This document shows positions 1 through 10,752 of a DNA stretch of 64,000 nt, one piece after another. Made by a program: the position numbers and the translations under genes. The notes under the pieces are model-generated. The model was not told the origin of the DNA. It saw only the letters and a list, made by a program, of their open reading frames with translations, and ran no database searches. Origin of the DNA: an uncultured Verrucomicrobiae bacterium (GTDB lineage: Bacteria > Verrucomicrobiota > Verrucomicrobiia > Chthoniobacterales > Terrimicrobiaceae); contig CAVPOC010000010.1 in NCBI GenBank assembly GCA_963706955.1, forward strand, positions 1-64,000. The letters run 5' to 3'. Within the stretch, counting starts at the first letter, position 1. Each line of letters opens with the position of its first letter.

Positions 1-1031
1 CTCCTTGGCGTTCTCCTTCGTGATCAGCACCGACGGGACGATGTTGTTCGCCGGCAGCTTCTCGCCCTTCAGCCGCGCCTCGGCGGTCATCTTGATGGCG
101 TCGTACATGAACTTGGGCGAGTAGGACACGTTGGCCTGGATCAGCGGGTCGCTGCCGTCCATCAGCGTCTTGATCGCTCCCTTGGCGCCGGCGCCGCCGA
201 ACACGATCTTGATGTCCTTGCGCTTGGCCTGCTCGATGGCCTTGAGCACGCCCACGGCCATGTCGTCGTCGGCGGCCCAGACCGCGTCGATCTCCTTGAA
301 GCGGGTCAGGTAGTCCTGCATCACCTTGAAGGCATCGTCGCGGTTCCAGTTGCCGTGCTTGGCGTCCAGCATCTTGATGTCGGGGTAGTTCTTCATCACG
401 GAGTTGAAGGCATCCATGCGCTCGTTGTCGATCGTGGTCGGGATGCCGCGCAGCGCCACGATGTTGCCCTTGCCGTTCAGCGCCTTGGCGAGGTACTCGG
501 CCGGGATCTTGCCGAAGGCGGTGTTGTCGCCGGAGACGTAGGCGTCCTGCGCGCTGGTATCGGTGAGGCCGCGGTCGACCACAGTCACGTAGACGCCCTT
601 GTCCTTGACCTGGGCGACCGGCTTGGTCAGCGCCGCCGATTCGAAGGGGAAGACGACCAGCGAGTTGATCTTGTTCACGGTCAGCAGGTCCTGCAGCTGG
701 TTCGCCTGCTCGGGAGCGCTTCCTGCGGTCTTGACGGTGACCTTCAGGCCGGGGTGCTCCTTTTCGAGCTCCTTCTTGGCCTCGTTGGCCCAGAAGACAA
801 TCCCGGCGGTGAAGCTGTGGGTGGCGGCGGGAATGGAGACGCCGAGGTTGACCTTTTCATCTGCTACCCCAGCGGAGGTGGCGCAGAGCAATCCCAGTGC
901 CGTGGCAACGAGAGCCGATTTCCAAATGGCAAATTTTATGGTGATTGGTCGAACGGCCTCGAAGCGCGGTGAACAAAAGCTTCGAACTTTGGCGTTCCGT
1001 TTTCTTGCGGAATGGATGTGGGGGCAATCAT
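1..1031 (-). CDS. Sugar ABC transporter substrate-binding protein (RbsB-like); 3' end runs off the window
   Basis: Hand translation gives a signal-like segment ([20 protein letters not shown]), then [20 protein letters not shown]...[10 protein letters not shown]...[10 protein letters not shown]...[10 protein letters not shown]. The ATG at 1031 is 1 nt out of frame across a 5-nt G run, so the start is uncertain. Not in the ORF track. Confidence 0.85.
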
Positions 1032-1098
1032 AGAATTAGTCTAGGGTTTTACTTATCATTTTCCAACTCTGAGACGAAATAAAGTGCAGATTTTCACC

Positions 1099-2146
1099 CT
1101 ATTTGCGTCTGCGTTGCATAAAGGCGACCACGATGATCACGAAACCTTGCACCGCCGCATTCAGGTAGACGCTGATGATGCTGGTGAGGTTGAGGATGTT
1201 GCTGATGACCGAGAGCAGGATCGCGCCGACCACGGTGCCGGTAATGCTGCCCGCGCCGCCTTTCAGCGCGGTTCCGCCGACGATGACCGCCGCGATCGCT
1301 TCCAGCTCCCACAGCAGACCGGTGGTGGGCGAAGCCGAGCCCAGCCGCGGCACGTACAGCAGCGTGGCGATGCCCACACACACCCCCGAGCAGCATGTAG
1401 GTAATGACCTTGATGCGGTCGACGTCGACCGCGGCATAGCGAGCCACCTGCTCGTTGGAGCCGATGGCCTGGACATAGCGGCCGTACGCGGTGCGATTGA
1501 GGATCACGGCGCCGATCAGCGCTACCACAGCGAAGACCCAGACCGGGATCGGGACGCCGAGCAGGCTGCCGTAGTACACCGGGCTGTAGACGTCGGACAG
1601 GGTATTGTCGAGCGTGATGGCGCCGCCATCGGCGAAGTAGGTCAGGTAGGCGCGGTAGATGCCCAGCGTTCCCAGGGTGACGATGAATGGCTCGATGCGT
1701 CCGCGGGTGATGAGCAGGCCGTGCGCCAGACCGAAAACAGCGCCGAGCACCAGCGCGAAGCCCATGCCGAGGATGACCGCGACCATCGGCGAAAGCCCGG
1801 ACGTTCCGAGGCTATTCATCAACAGGATGACGCATCCGGCGATCAGCGCCGCCATCGAGCCCACCGAAAGGTCGATGCCGCCCGAGATGATGACGAAGCA
1901 CATGCCCACCGCGATGATGCCGATGAAGGCAGTGCGGGTGAGCACGTTCATGGCGTTGTCGAACGTGGCGAAGTCGGTATTGAGCAGCGTGCCGGCGACA
2001 CAGAGCAGCGCGAGGCCAGCGATCGGCCCGATCCCGTGGAGGCGCGCCCACCACGATCGACTTGCCGTCGCTCCGGCCGTGCCCCGCGGAGAGGTCTCGG
2101 CGGGTTCTTGCTGCCGGCTAGGAGTTTTAGGGGGTTCCGGTTGCAT
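1099..2146 (-). CDS. Sugar ABC transporter permease (RbsC family), apparent frameshift near 1382
   Basis: GGIDLSVGS and EPFIVTLGT in ORF 1094..2146; C-terminal [20 protein letters not shown] in the shifted frame 1099..1476. Confidence 0.9.
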
Positions 2147-3634
2147 AGTGTGTTCCTGTTGCGTGTGTAATCAGCGCCTCTTCGCTCAGGTGTTCGGCGT
2201 CGAGCGTGGCTTGCAGATGTCCCGTTCGCATCACGGCAACCCGGTTGCACAGGCCGATCAGTTCGATCAGCTCGGACGAGATCACGATCACACCACGCCC
2301 CTCATTGGCGAGCTTATGGATCAGGAAATAGATATCACGCTTCGCGCCGACATCCACCCCACGGGTCGGCTCGTCCAGCACCACCACGCGCGGATCGGGA
2401 TGCAGCACCTTGGCCAATGCCAGCTTCTGCTGATTGCCGCCGGATAGCGAGGAGGCGCGAATCTCCAGCGAACCGGTGCGGATGCCAAACGTCTCGACCG
2501 CTGTTCGCAATGCCTGTTGTTCCGCCTTTGGATTCAGCCAGGGGTCGGCATACTTCTTCAGCGCCATCAGTGTCAGATTCTCGCGAAGGCCGAAGTCTAC
2601 GTGCAATCCCTTGCCCTTGCGGTCCTCGCTAAGGTAGGTGAGGCCCTGGTCGGCCGCATCGCGCGGACTGCGAAATCGCACCGCGCGGCCACCCAACTCG
2701 ATGCGTTCGGCATGGTGCTCACGCAGCCCCAGCAGCCCCTCGAATAACTCGGTACGCCCGGCGCCAACCAGCCCGGCGAAGCCGAGGATCTCGCCGGGCC
2801 GCACTTCGAAGCTGACATTCTCGGCCCAGCCCGGGACGGTGAGGTTTTGCACGCGCAACAGCGGCGCCGCCTCTCCAGGTGCTGGTGTCTTGGGCGGAAA
2901 CAAATCCGAGAGCTCACGGCCCACCATCAGGTTGGCCATCTGATGTCGGGTAACGTTGCGGGTAAGCTCACGCGTGACAAAGCGACCGTCCCGCATGACG
3001 ATTACCTCGTCGGTGATGCGCTCTACTTCGTCGAGCTTGTGAGAAATGTAGAGCACCGTCACACCGCTCGCATTCAGCTGAGCAATCAGCTTAAAGAGAC
3101 GTTCGGTCTCGCCCGGAGTTAACGTTGCCGTAGGCTCGTCCATGATCAGTAGTTTTGCCTTGCGTGCCAGCGCCTTGGCGATTTCGACGAGCTGCTTCTC
3201 CGCGACAATCAAATTGGCGCACCCTGGTGTCGGGGTCGACCTTTAGTCCTACTTGCTCCAAGCACGACAGCGGCCTCCCTGCGCATCGTGTCGTCGTCGA
3301 GCAGTAAACCGCGCTTCTTCTCGTGACCCAGAAAGATGTTCTGCGCGACACTCAGGTCCTCCGCCAAGTTGAACTCCTGATGGATCAGCACGATGCCCTC
3401 GGCCTCCGCTTCGCGTGAGCCACTGAAATGCACCGCACGCCCGTTGATGCGCACCTCACCGCCGCTGAGTGCCTCGTAACCAGCCAGGATCTTCATCAAC
3501 GTCGATTTGCCGGCGCCATTCTCGCCAAGCAAGCCATAGACACGCCCGGGCTCGAGCGCGAGGCTCACGCCATGCAGCACGCGAACCGGCCCGAACGACT
3601 TAACGACCTCGCGGAACTCGACGGCAACACTCAT
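2127..3634 (-). CDS. Sugar ABC transporter ATP-binding protein (RbsA family, two NBDs), apparent frameshifts near 3212 and 3262
   Basis: Walker [22 protein letters not shown] and [12 protein letters not shown] spread over three frames. Confidence 0.9.
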
Positions 3635-4217
3635 CGTCCGGCCCGCTCCCGCTTCGCACGTCCCGGAATCGCTGGCATTCCAGCGCTCGTGATCTCGAGG
3701 CGCTCGTCCAGCACAGTATCGTAGAGTGTCGAAGGCGGCATTGTCATTGTGCTACTTAGAAGAATCGCCATCCGCATAGGAAAATCTACCCCTGCAAAAC
3801 CCGCGCCAAGCGCGTTCATAAGTCGACCATGACTAAAAAGGGGCCCGGAGGTCAAGTGCGGAGGGGAAGTTCAGGTGCCCTGCTTGCGAAAGCAAGCCAT
3901 CAGGAACCAGTCAAGCCACTGGCCGACGTGAGGCTTTCTCCGCAGTCGGAACGGCGCCGAGTCACCAGGATTGCTTGGCGCCACATTTCATTCCGATCGT
4001 GCTCTGCCTCCGATCATGCTCTGCTAGCTTGGGCCAGGTTGAAACGACGAAGAGCAGTTCGTATATTTTGTCATGGCAGGGTTCTTGCGATTTCGCCTTC
4101 CTTGGAGGAAGCGTGCTTCGTTCCGCAAGACCAGGAGGACCGGGGAGCGACCGAGCTTGGCGCTTGGACTCCGAAGCGACTCGGTCCTCGCGCCCTCCAG
4201 CTCCAGAACTAGCGACA

Positions 4218-4745
4218 ATGTCCACTCCGAAAATCTATGTCTGCGGCGTGCCTGAACTCGAATCGGCATTCAGCAACGCCTTCACGCACGTCATTTCAAT
4301 CTGGGACCCTGAATGGATCGACCGAGGCGTAGTTGAGCACCAACTGAAAAAGCGACTGGCCGGGGAGACAAGGCTACACATCGCCTACTTCCACGACTGC
4401 AGTGTGGAAGAACCTGGGAGAAGACTGCCCGCAGAAGATGATCTTCGCCAGATCCTGACCTTTGCGGCCGACCTCAAGCCAGAAGCTCATGTTCTGATCC
4501 ACTGCTGGGCCGGTATCTCCCGTTCGACCGCCGTAGCCTATGCAATCCTCTGCCAGTTCATGGGACCTGGTCGGGAATCAGATTGCATCGAAGCAATCCT
4601 CGCCGTGCGACCTCAGGCATTCCCCAACACCCTGATCGTTGACCTGGCCGATCGAATACTTGAGCGCCATGGCGCCATGCGGCAGGCGTGCGAGAAGCTC
4701 ATCTCCAGAGTCTACCTGCGCTCAGCGGTTGAGGACGAATTTTGA
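4218..4745 (+). CDS. Protein-tyrosine/dual-specificity phosphatase-fold protein
   Basis: CX5R P-loop IHCWAGISRSTA, FHD acid loop, downstream RPQAFPN. Confidence 0.8.
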   Translation: MSTPKIYVCGVPELESAFSNAFTHVISIWDPEWIDRGVVEHQLKKRLAGETRLHIAYFHDCSVEEPGRRLPAEDDLRQILTFAADLKPEAHVLIHCWAGISRSTAVAYAILCQFMGPGRESDCIEAILAVRPQAFPNTLIVDLADRILERHGAMRQACEKLISRVYLRSAVEDEF

Positions 4746-4814
4746 GTCCGGCCGTGGGAAGGGCATCTGGGCGAACCACCGTAGCCAACCGCCCTGCGAT
4801 GCCCCTGAAGCTAA

Positions 4815-4846
4815 AGCCGGCGGGGCCTCTCCAAACCCCGCCGGCT
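4815..4846. terminator. GC-rich hairpin between convergent genes, probable terminator
   Basis: AGCCGGCGGGG-10 nt loop-CCCCGCCGGCT, a perfect 11-bp stem; U tails are short or displaced. Confidence 0.6.
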
Positions 4847-4892
4847 CGCCGTCTCCCTTGTTTTTTTCAGAACTGAGGAAAACTTTGCCCCT

Positions 4893-5252
<360 letters not shown>

Positions 5253-5262
5253 TCAGCGAGAC

Positions 5263-6735
5263 TTAGCTGAGGATATAGCCTTCTTCCCCGTGATCACTCA
5301 GATCGAGCCCTTGAGTCTCCGATTCAGGGCTCGGACGCAGCCCAATGGTCGCCTTGACGATGAAAGCGATGATGGCCGTTGCAACAACCGAGAGGATGAT
5401 CGTAAGAATGACCGCCTTGCATTGGTTGAGGAAAAGCCCGTCCTTGAGCCCGGCGATGACGGGGTTGGCCTTTTCGCTCGCGAGCAGCCCGGTGAGCAGG
5501 GCTCCCAAAGTCCCGCCAACTCCGTGGACACCAAATGTGTCGAGCGCATCGTCGTATCCGATGGCCTTCTTCAGGTAGGTCACCGCGAGGAAGGGGATAA
5601 TTCCAGCAGCGACGCCGATGATCATCGCTCCGCCAGGGGTGACGAATCCGCAGGCGGGAGTAACTACAACCAGACCCGCAACGATCCCGGAGCAGAATCC
5701 AAGGACGCTGGGATGCCCCTTGGTGAACCATTCCATCACTGCCCAGACAAACCCGCCCGTAGCCGCGGCGAGCATCGTTGTCGTGAAGGCGTTCGATGCG
5801 ATCGCATCGGCTCCGAGCGCCGAGCCGGCGTTAAAGCCAAACCAACCGACATAGAGCATGCCTGTTCCGACCATACACAAGACCATCGAGTGCGGTGGCA
5901 TCGGCTCCTTACCAAATCCCAACCGCGGCCCGAGAATGAGGCACAAAACCAGAGCCGTCCAGCCCGATGACATATGCACTACGGTGCCACCTGCAAAATC
6001 GATTGCCTTGATGCCGGCATTTTGATTCAGCGGGCCGCACATGAACCCACTGGTGGACCAAACCATGTGCGCGAGCGGAAAATAGACCAGAAACATCCAT
6101 ATGCCCGTAAAAAGCAGCACTGCGCCAAACTTCATCCGTTCCGCGGTCGCGCCGAAAATGAGCGCAGGAGTGATGATGGCAAACGTGAGCTGGAACATGG
6201 CCCAGACATAGTCGGAAATCCAGTAGTAGCCTGCGCCCACTCCCCCCGGGGACATCCCATTGAACATGGCAAAACTCAGATCGCCGATGAACGGATTCGT
6301 TCCGCCAAAGGTCAGACTGTATCCGCACAGCCACCAAAGAATCGTTACCAGGCCCGCCACTCCCAGGCACATGGCTAGGATTGAGAGCACATTTTTGACG
6401 CGGACCAAGCCACCATAAAAAAGCGCCAAACCTGGAAGTGTCATAAAGAGGACCAACGCCGTAGATGCCATTTGCCAGGCATTGTGCCCGGGTCCAGGGA
6501 CGTTCACCTTCGAGGCCACGTCCGGAGTGCGCGCAGCATTATTAATATAGGCCTCCAAGTCGGCCAATCGTTGCTCGACGCTGGGCTCCGCGGCAGCCTT
6601 CTCCTCAGCGGCAGCTTCGACAGTGGTCTCCTCCGCCGCAGGCGCCTCCTGAGCAGATACGTGGCTTGGTGCGGCGATCGCTGCGGCAACAAAAGCTGCC
6701 GCTAGTGCCGCCAACAAGGATTTACTGTTACACAT
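5263..6735 (-). CDS. amtB: Ammonium transporter
   Basis: FQLTFAIITPAL, DFAGGTVVH, GWFGFNAGS, DDALDTFGVHG; N-terminal signal peptide. Confidence 0.97.
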   Translation of the reverse strand: MCNSKSLLAALAAAFVAAAIAAPSHVSAQEAPAAEETTVEAAAEEKAAAEPSVEQRLADLEAYINNAARTPDVASKVNVPGPGHNAWQMASTALVLFMTLPGLALFYGGLVRVKNVLSILAMCLGVAGLVTILWWLCGYSLTFGGTNPFIGDLSFAMFNGMSPGGVGAGYYWISDYVWAMFQLTFAIITPALIFGATAERMKFGAVLLFTGIWMFLVYFPLAHMVWSTSGFMCGPLNQNAGIKAIDFAGGTVVHMSSGWTALVLCLILGPRLGFGKEPMPPHSMVLCMVGTGMLYVGWFGFNAGSALGADAIASNAFTTTMLAAATGGFVWAVMEWFTKGHPSVLGFCSGIVAGLVVVTPACGFVTPGGAMIIGVAAGIIPFLAVTYLKKAIGYDDALDTFGVHGVGGTLGALLTGLLASEKANPVIAGLKDGLFLNQCKAVILTIILSVVATAIIAFIVKATIGLRPSPESETQGLDLSDHGEEGYILS

Positions 6736-6808
6736 GGGTATTTGAACGTCTTAGTTGGTTGTTGATTAATGAATTTCCGCGCACCGAACCGCGCAGCGGC
6801 AACTACAC

Positions 6809-6825
6809 AGCAATCCGCATGCCAA
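6809..6825 (-). promoter_or_regulatory. Sigma-54 (-24/-12) promoter for amtB-glnK
   Basis: TTGGCATGCGGATTGCT: GG-N10-GC with TGGCA and TTGC, about 75 nt upstream of the amtB start. Confidence 0.8.
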
Positions 6826-6984
6826 GCTTTTCCCGCGAAAGTTCCTTGACGCTGCCATTCAGGCAATTGCAGCCGGCGGACTGGGGTTGTCCAATTTGCA
6901 ACAACGGCCTTTAGAAGCTGGCGTTTTTCGCCTCCGCGAAGCTGAGGGCAGTAAAACAAATTACACAGCCAAGACAGGCAAGCT

Positions 6985-7048
6985 TGAAGGGGCGTTTGTC
7001 TCAAGCGCCCAGCCACATCTACAGGCGCTTGGCACAAGCGCCTCTGCA
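6985..7048. repeat. REP doublet, family B (GTAG-tagged GGCGCTTG...CAAGCGCC)
   Basis: Near-colinear with 43939..44003, including the spacer; tags decayed (TGAAG / CTGCA). Confidence 0.8.
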
Positions 7049-7061
7049 AATTCTTGACGAT

Positions 7062-7715
7062 TCAGGCGTGAGATTTGCGCTTCTCAAGCCACCCTTTCAA
7101 GAACTCCCAGACAATAGGCAGGACCGAAACGATGATAATGCCGAGGATGACGAGCTTGATATTTTCCCTGACAAACGGAAGGTTCCCGAAGAAGAAACCC
7201 GCACCGACGAAAAGTCCCACCCACAAGATCGCGCCCGCAACGTTGTAAGCGATAAATTTGGCGTAGTTCATCGTGCCGACGCCCGCCACAAACGGAGCAA
7301 ACGTCCGCACAATCGGGACGAACCGGGCAAGGATGATCGCCCGGCCGCCATATTTCTCGTAAAAGGCGTGAGCCTTCATCAGGTATTCCCTTTTGAAGAG
7401 TCGGCTCGATTGAAAATGGAAGACCTTTGGTCCAATCCACTTTCCAATGGAATAATTGACCGTGTCGCCGAGAATCGCCGCGACCAGGAGCACAGGGACG
7501 ACGATCTCCCACGCCATCAAACCTTGTGCGGTTAAGGCGCCGACGGCAAAGAGCAAGGAATCTCCGGGCAGAAATGGCGTGACCACCAAACCGGTTTCGC
7601 AAAAGACGATCAGAAAAAGGAGCGCATACACCAGTGCCCCATAGTTCTGGATGAAGGCGACCAGATGGGTTTCCGCATGCAAGAGGAACTCGATAAATTG
7701 CTTCAGGAAATCCAT
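7062..7715 (-). CDS. dedA: DedA family membrane protein
   Basis: FCETGLVVTPFLPGDSLLF and ARFVPIVRTFAPFVAG motifs. Confidence 0.93.
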   Translation of the reverse strand: MDFLKQFIEFLLHAETHLVAFIQNYGALVYALLFLIVFCETGLVVTPFLPGDSLLFAVGALTAQGLMAWEIVVPVLLVAAILGDTVNYSIGKWIGPKVFHFQSSRLFKREYLMKAHAFYEKYGGRAIILARFVPIVRTFAPFVAGVGTMNYAKFIAYNVAGAILWVGLFVGAGFFFGNLPFVRENIKLVILGIIIVSVLPIVWEFLKGWLEKRKSHA

Positions 7716-7819
7716 AAAGAATTGAAAGAAACGACACCCCACCGGTAATGGGAAGCAATTTCGCAGGCTCAAGTCGAGTTGCAGCCACACCCCGACGCGT
7801 GTAAGAACATCCCCGGCTT

Positions 7820-8368
7820 ATGCCTCCAACTCCACCGACACAATACCATAGCGCTCTTGCCAGTCTGATCTTTCTCAGCCGCTGGCTTCAGGCGCCGCTT
7901 TACCTCGGACTGATCGTAGCCCAAGGCGTCTATGTATACCATTTCCTCATCGAGTTGGGACACCTTCTTCAGAAGGCTCCGCACATTGACGAGAAAACGA
8001 TCATGCTCACGGTGCTGGGACTCATCGATGTGGTCATGATCGCCAATCTCCTCATCATGGTAATCGTTGGCGGCTACGAAACGTTTGTCTCGCGCTTGCG
8101 CCTCGAGGAACATCCGGATCAACCGGAGTGGCTCTCCCACGTGAATGCGGGCGTGCTTAAGGTCAAGCTGGCCACGGCGCTCATCGGCATCTCTTCGATT
8201 CATCTCCTCAAGACCTTCATTGAAATCGGAACGCCTGGAGTGACCGAGCAAACTGTTTTCTGGCAAGTCGTCGTGCATCTGACCTTCGTCGCTTCCGCGC
8301 TCCTCCTGGCTTGGACGGATCGGGTCTCGTCGGTCACTGCCCTGGCCGCGCGGGCCAAAGAACACTGA
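7820..8368 (+). CDS. YqhA/UPF0114 (TIGR00645) membrane protein
   Basis: SRWLQAPLYLGL, GGYETFVSRL, LKVKLATALIGISSIHLL. Confidence 0.88.
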   Translation: MPPTPPTQYHSALASLIFLSRWLQAPLYLGLIVAQGVYVYHFLIELGHLLQKAPHIDEKTIMLTVLGLIDVVMIANLLIMVIVGGYETFVSRLRLEEHPDQPEWLSHVNAGVLKVKLATALIGISSIHLLKTFIEIGTPGVTEQTVFWQVVVHLTFVASALLLAWTDRVSSVTALAARAKEH

Positions 8369-8496
8369 ACCCGCCGAAAGGTGATCTTCCCGAAAGCCTT
8401 GCCTTTCAACGAAGATATTCAGTTCATTATGAGGTGGATTTTCTCGGTTTGGTATTGACGCACGAACCTGGGAACGCCAGTTGCTAGGACAATCCC

Positions 8497-9621
8497 ATGC
8501 TACGTTGCATTTTCCCAACAGTTTGCCTGGCTTTGATCGCAGCCGGTTCCGCGATGTTTGCCCAGGAAGAGATTGTGATCGGCGAATACGCCTCGCTTAC
8601 CGGCGGCAGTGCGAGCTTCGGCCAGTCTTCGCATAAGGGCACCGCTCTGGCGATCGACGAGATTAACGCCGCCGGAGGAGTCCTCGGGAAAAAGCTTAAG
8701 CTAGTCGCCGAAGACGACCAATCCCAGGCCGGGCAGCCCGCGACCATTGTTCGGAAGTTGATTTCACAGGACAAGGCGGTGGCGGTCCTCGGAGAAGTCG
8801 CCTCTTCCAAGTCGTTGGAAGCCGCTCCGATTTGCCAGCAAAACAAGATTCCCATGATCTCGCCCGCCTCGACCAATCCGAAGGTCACGGAGGTGGGCGA
8901 TTACATTTTCCGTGTTTGCTTCATCGACCCCTTCCAGGGAACAGTCATGTCGAAATTTGCCCAATCGAAGGGTTGGAAGAACATCGCTGTGCTTACTGAT
9001 GTGAAGCAGGATTATAGCGTCGGCTTAGCCGAGTTTTTTATCAAGGACTTCAAGGAGAGTGGAGGCCAGATCGTCAAGGAGCAAAAGTATTCAACCGGCG
9101 ATAAGGATTTTAAGCCGCAACTTACTTCGATTAAGGCAGCCAAGCCTGATGCCATCTTCCTTCCTGGTTACTACGCCGAGGTCTCCCTGATTGCGAAACA
9201 GGCGCGACTTCTTGGCATTAAAGCGCCTTTACTGGGCGGGGACGGCTGGGTGGGAGATTCGCTCCTGAAGGTCGCGGGCAACGCCCTCGATGGCTCTTTC
9301 TTTTCCTGCCACTTCTCCTCCGATGACAAGTCGCCGGTGGTGCAAGGGTTCGTCGAAAAATTCAAGGCCAAGTACAATGGGGAGACCCCAGACGATATGG
9401 CCGCGCTCGGCTACGACAGTGCGATGATTCTCGCCGAGGCCATCAAGCGAGCTGGGAGCACCGAGCCTGAAAAACTCCGCGAGGCCATTGCCGCGACCAA
9501 AGACCATCAGGGCATTACCGGCAAGATTACCCTGGACGAACACCGCAATGCCAACAAACCCGCCGTGATCCTCACCATTGGAAATGGCGGATTCGATTTT
9601 GTCCAAACGGTCGCTCCCTAG
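8497..9621 (+). CDS. livK: Branched-chain amino acid-type ABC transporter substrate-binding protein
   Basis: IGEYASLTG, STNPKVT, FRVCFIDPFQG, ALGYD; first gene of a HAAT operon. Confidence 0.88.
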   Translation: MLRCIFPTVCLALIAAGSAMFAQEEIVIGEYASLTGGSASFGQSSHKGTALAIDEINAAGGVLGKKLKLVAEDDQSQAGQPATIVRKLISQDKAVAVLGEVASSKSLEAAPICQQNKIPMISPASTNPKVTEVGDYIFRVCFIDPFQGTVMSKFAQSKGWKNIAVLTDVKQDYSVGLAEFFIKDFKESGGQIVKEQKYSTGDKDFKPQLTSIKAAKPDAIFLPGYYAEVSLIAKQARLLGIKAPLLGGDGWVGDSLLKVAGNALDGSFFSCHFSSDDKSPVVQGFVEKFKAKYNGETPDDMAALGYDSAMILAEAIKRAGSTEPEKLREAIAATKDHQGITGKITLDEHRNANKPAVILTIGNGGFDFVQTVAP

Positions 9622-9825
9622 CGGCCACCTGCTGGAGGCCTCGCGTGGCTTGCCGCATGCTTACACCGCCGGGATGATTTCCATACGACGGCGAGAGCAG
9701 CGGCGAGCTGTTTCGAATCGCCGCGACGCAAATCCCAGCTTCACAACCTTCAAAAGGGTGAATTGACTGCGATTGACTGAGGGATGAAGAGGATTTCCGG
9801 GTGAACCCACGCTCGTTGCGGCCCG

Positions 9826-10752
9826 ATGATCGAATTTCTTCAGCAACTCGTTAACGGGCTGGCTCAAGGTTCCATCTACGCCCTCATCGCGCTTGGATAC
9901 ACGATGGTCTATGGCGTGTTGCGTTTTATCAACTTTGCGCATGGCGACGTTTACATGCTGGGCGCCTTCACAGGACTTTACGCGGCTCCCCGTTTGCTGC
10001 AGGCTTTCGGCGGCGGGCCCTCCCTGAGCGGCGCGATAGCGGTGCTGGTCGTCGCGATGTTCATTTGCGCGATCATCGGCATTCTCATTGAACGACTCTG
10101 CTACCGTCCCCTTCGCGAGCGGCCGAGGCTCACCGTCCTCATCACTGCCATCGGTGTCTCCCTGTTCATCGAAAACGCTGGCCAATACGCCTTGGGAGCC
10201 GAACCCAAGTCCTTTCCGGAAATCATTTCGGATCGCGCCATTGAAATTCCCGAATCTTTCGGCGCACTATCCACCCTGACGATAACCATCGGGCAACTCA
10301 TCGTCATCGGTGTCACATTGCTCCTGCTTATTGGCCTCAGAGCGATCGTCCTGCACACGCGGCTCGGCATGGCCATGCGCGCCTTATCGTTCAATCCGTT
10401 GGCTGCCTCGTTGATGGGCGTCAATGCCGACGTCGTGATCTCCTTTACCTTCGCTCTGGGCTCCGCCCTCGCCGGCGCCGCCGGCATTCTCACGTCGATT
10501 CAGCAACCCAGCATCGACCCCTTGATGGGAGTGAACGCCGGGCTGAAGGCCTTCGTGGCTGCTGTGCTCGGAGGCATTGGCAACATCCCCGGAGCCGCTC
10601 TTGGTGGAGTGCTGATCGGCTTTCTGGAAGCACTCGTTGTCGGGTACATCAACCCGACCTACCGCGATGCGATCGTTTTTGCCGTCCTCATCTTGATACT
10701 CCTCCTCAAACCTTCCGGTCTCCTCGGCAAAGCCGAAGGCGAAAAAGTATGA
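9826..10752 (+). CDS. livH: HAAT ABC permease
   Basis: YALIALGYTMVYGVLRFINFAHG, KAFVAAVLGGIG. Confidence 0.93.
   Translation: MIEFLQQLVNGLAQGSIYALIALGYTMVYGVLRFINFAHGDVYMLGAFTGLYAAPRLLQAFGGGPSLSGAIAVLVVAMFICAIIGILIERLCYRPLRERPRLTVLITAIGVSLFIENAGQYALGAEPKSFPEIISDRAIEIPESFGALSTLTITIGQLIVIGVTLLLLIGLRAIVLHTRLGMAMRALSFNPLAASLMGVNADVVISFTFALGSALAGAAGILTSIQQPSIDPLMGVNAGLKAFVAAVLGGIGNIPGAALGGVLIGFLEALVVGYINPTYRDAIVFAVLILILLLKPSGLLGKAEGEKV

Noticed and set aside
3631..3747. 38-aa ORF ATGA-coupled to the sugar ATPase (possible regulator remnant)
   Set aside because: No recognisable similarity and too little evidence.
3845..4210. Cobalamin riboswitch, RNase P or tmRNA (AGGTGCC, GCCACTG, CCAGCTCCA fragments)
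   Set aside because: Core elements are absent (GGGAA..CGGTG and B12 box, GAGGAAAGTCC, TTCRA arm). Kept only as an unknown structured region.
8469..8485. Sigma-54-like TGGGAACGCCAGTTGCT before livK
   Set aside because: GG-N10-GC spacing fits, but the -24 box is atypical and the transcript would be essentially leaderless. Too weak to call.
9620..9825. Hairpins between livK and livH as a novel RNA
   Set aside because: Stem-loops after a binding-protein gene are a common mRNA-stabilising feature.
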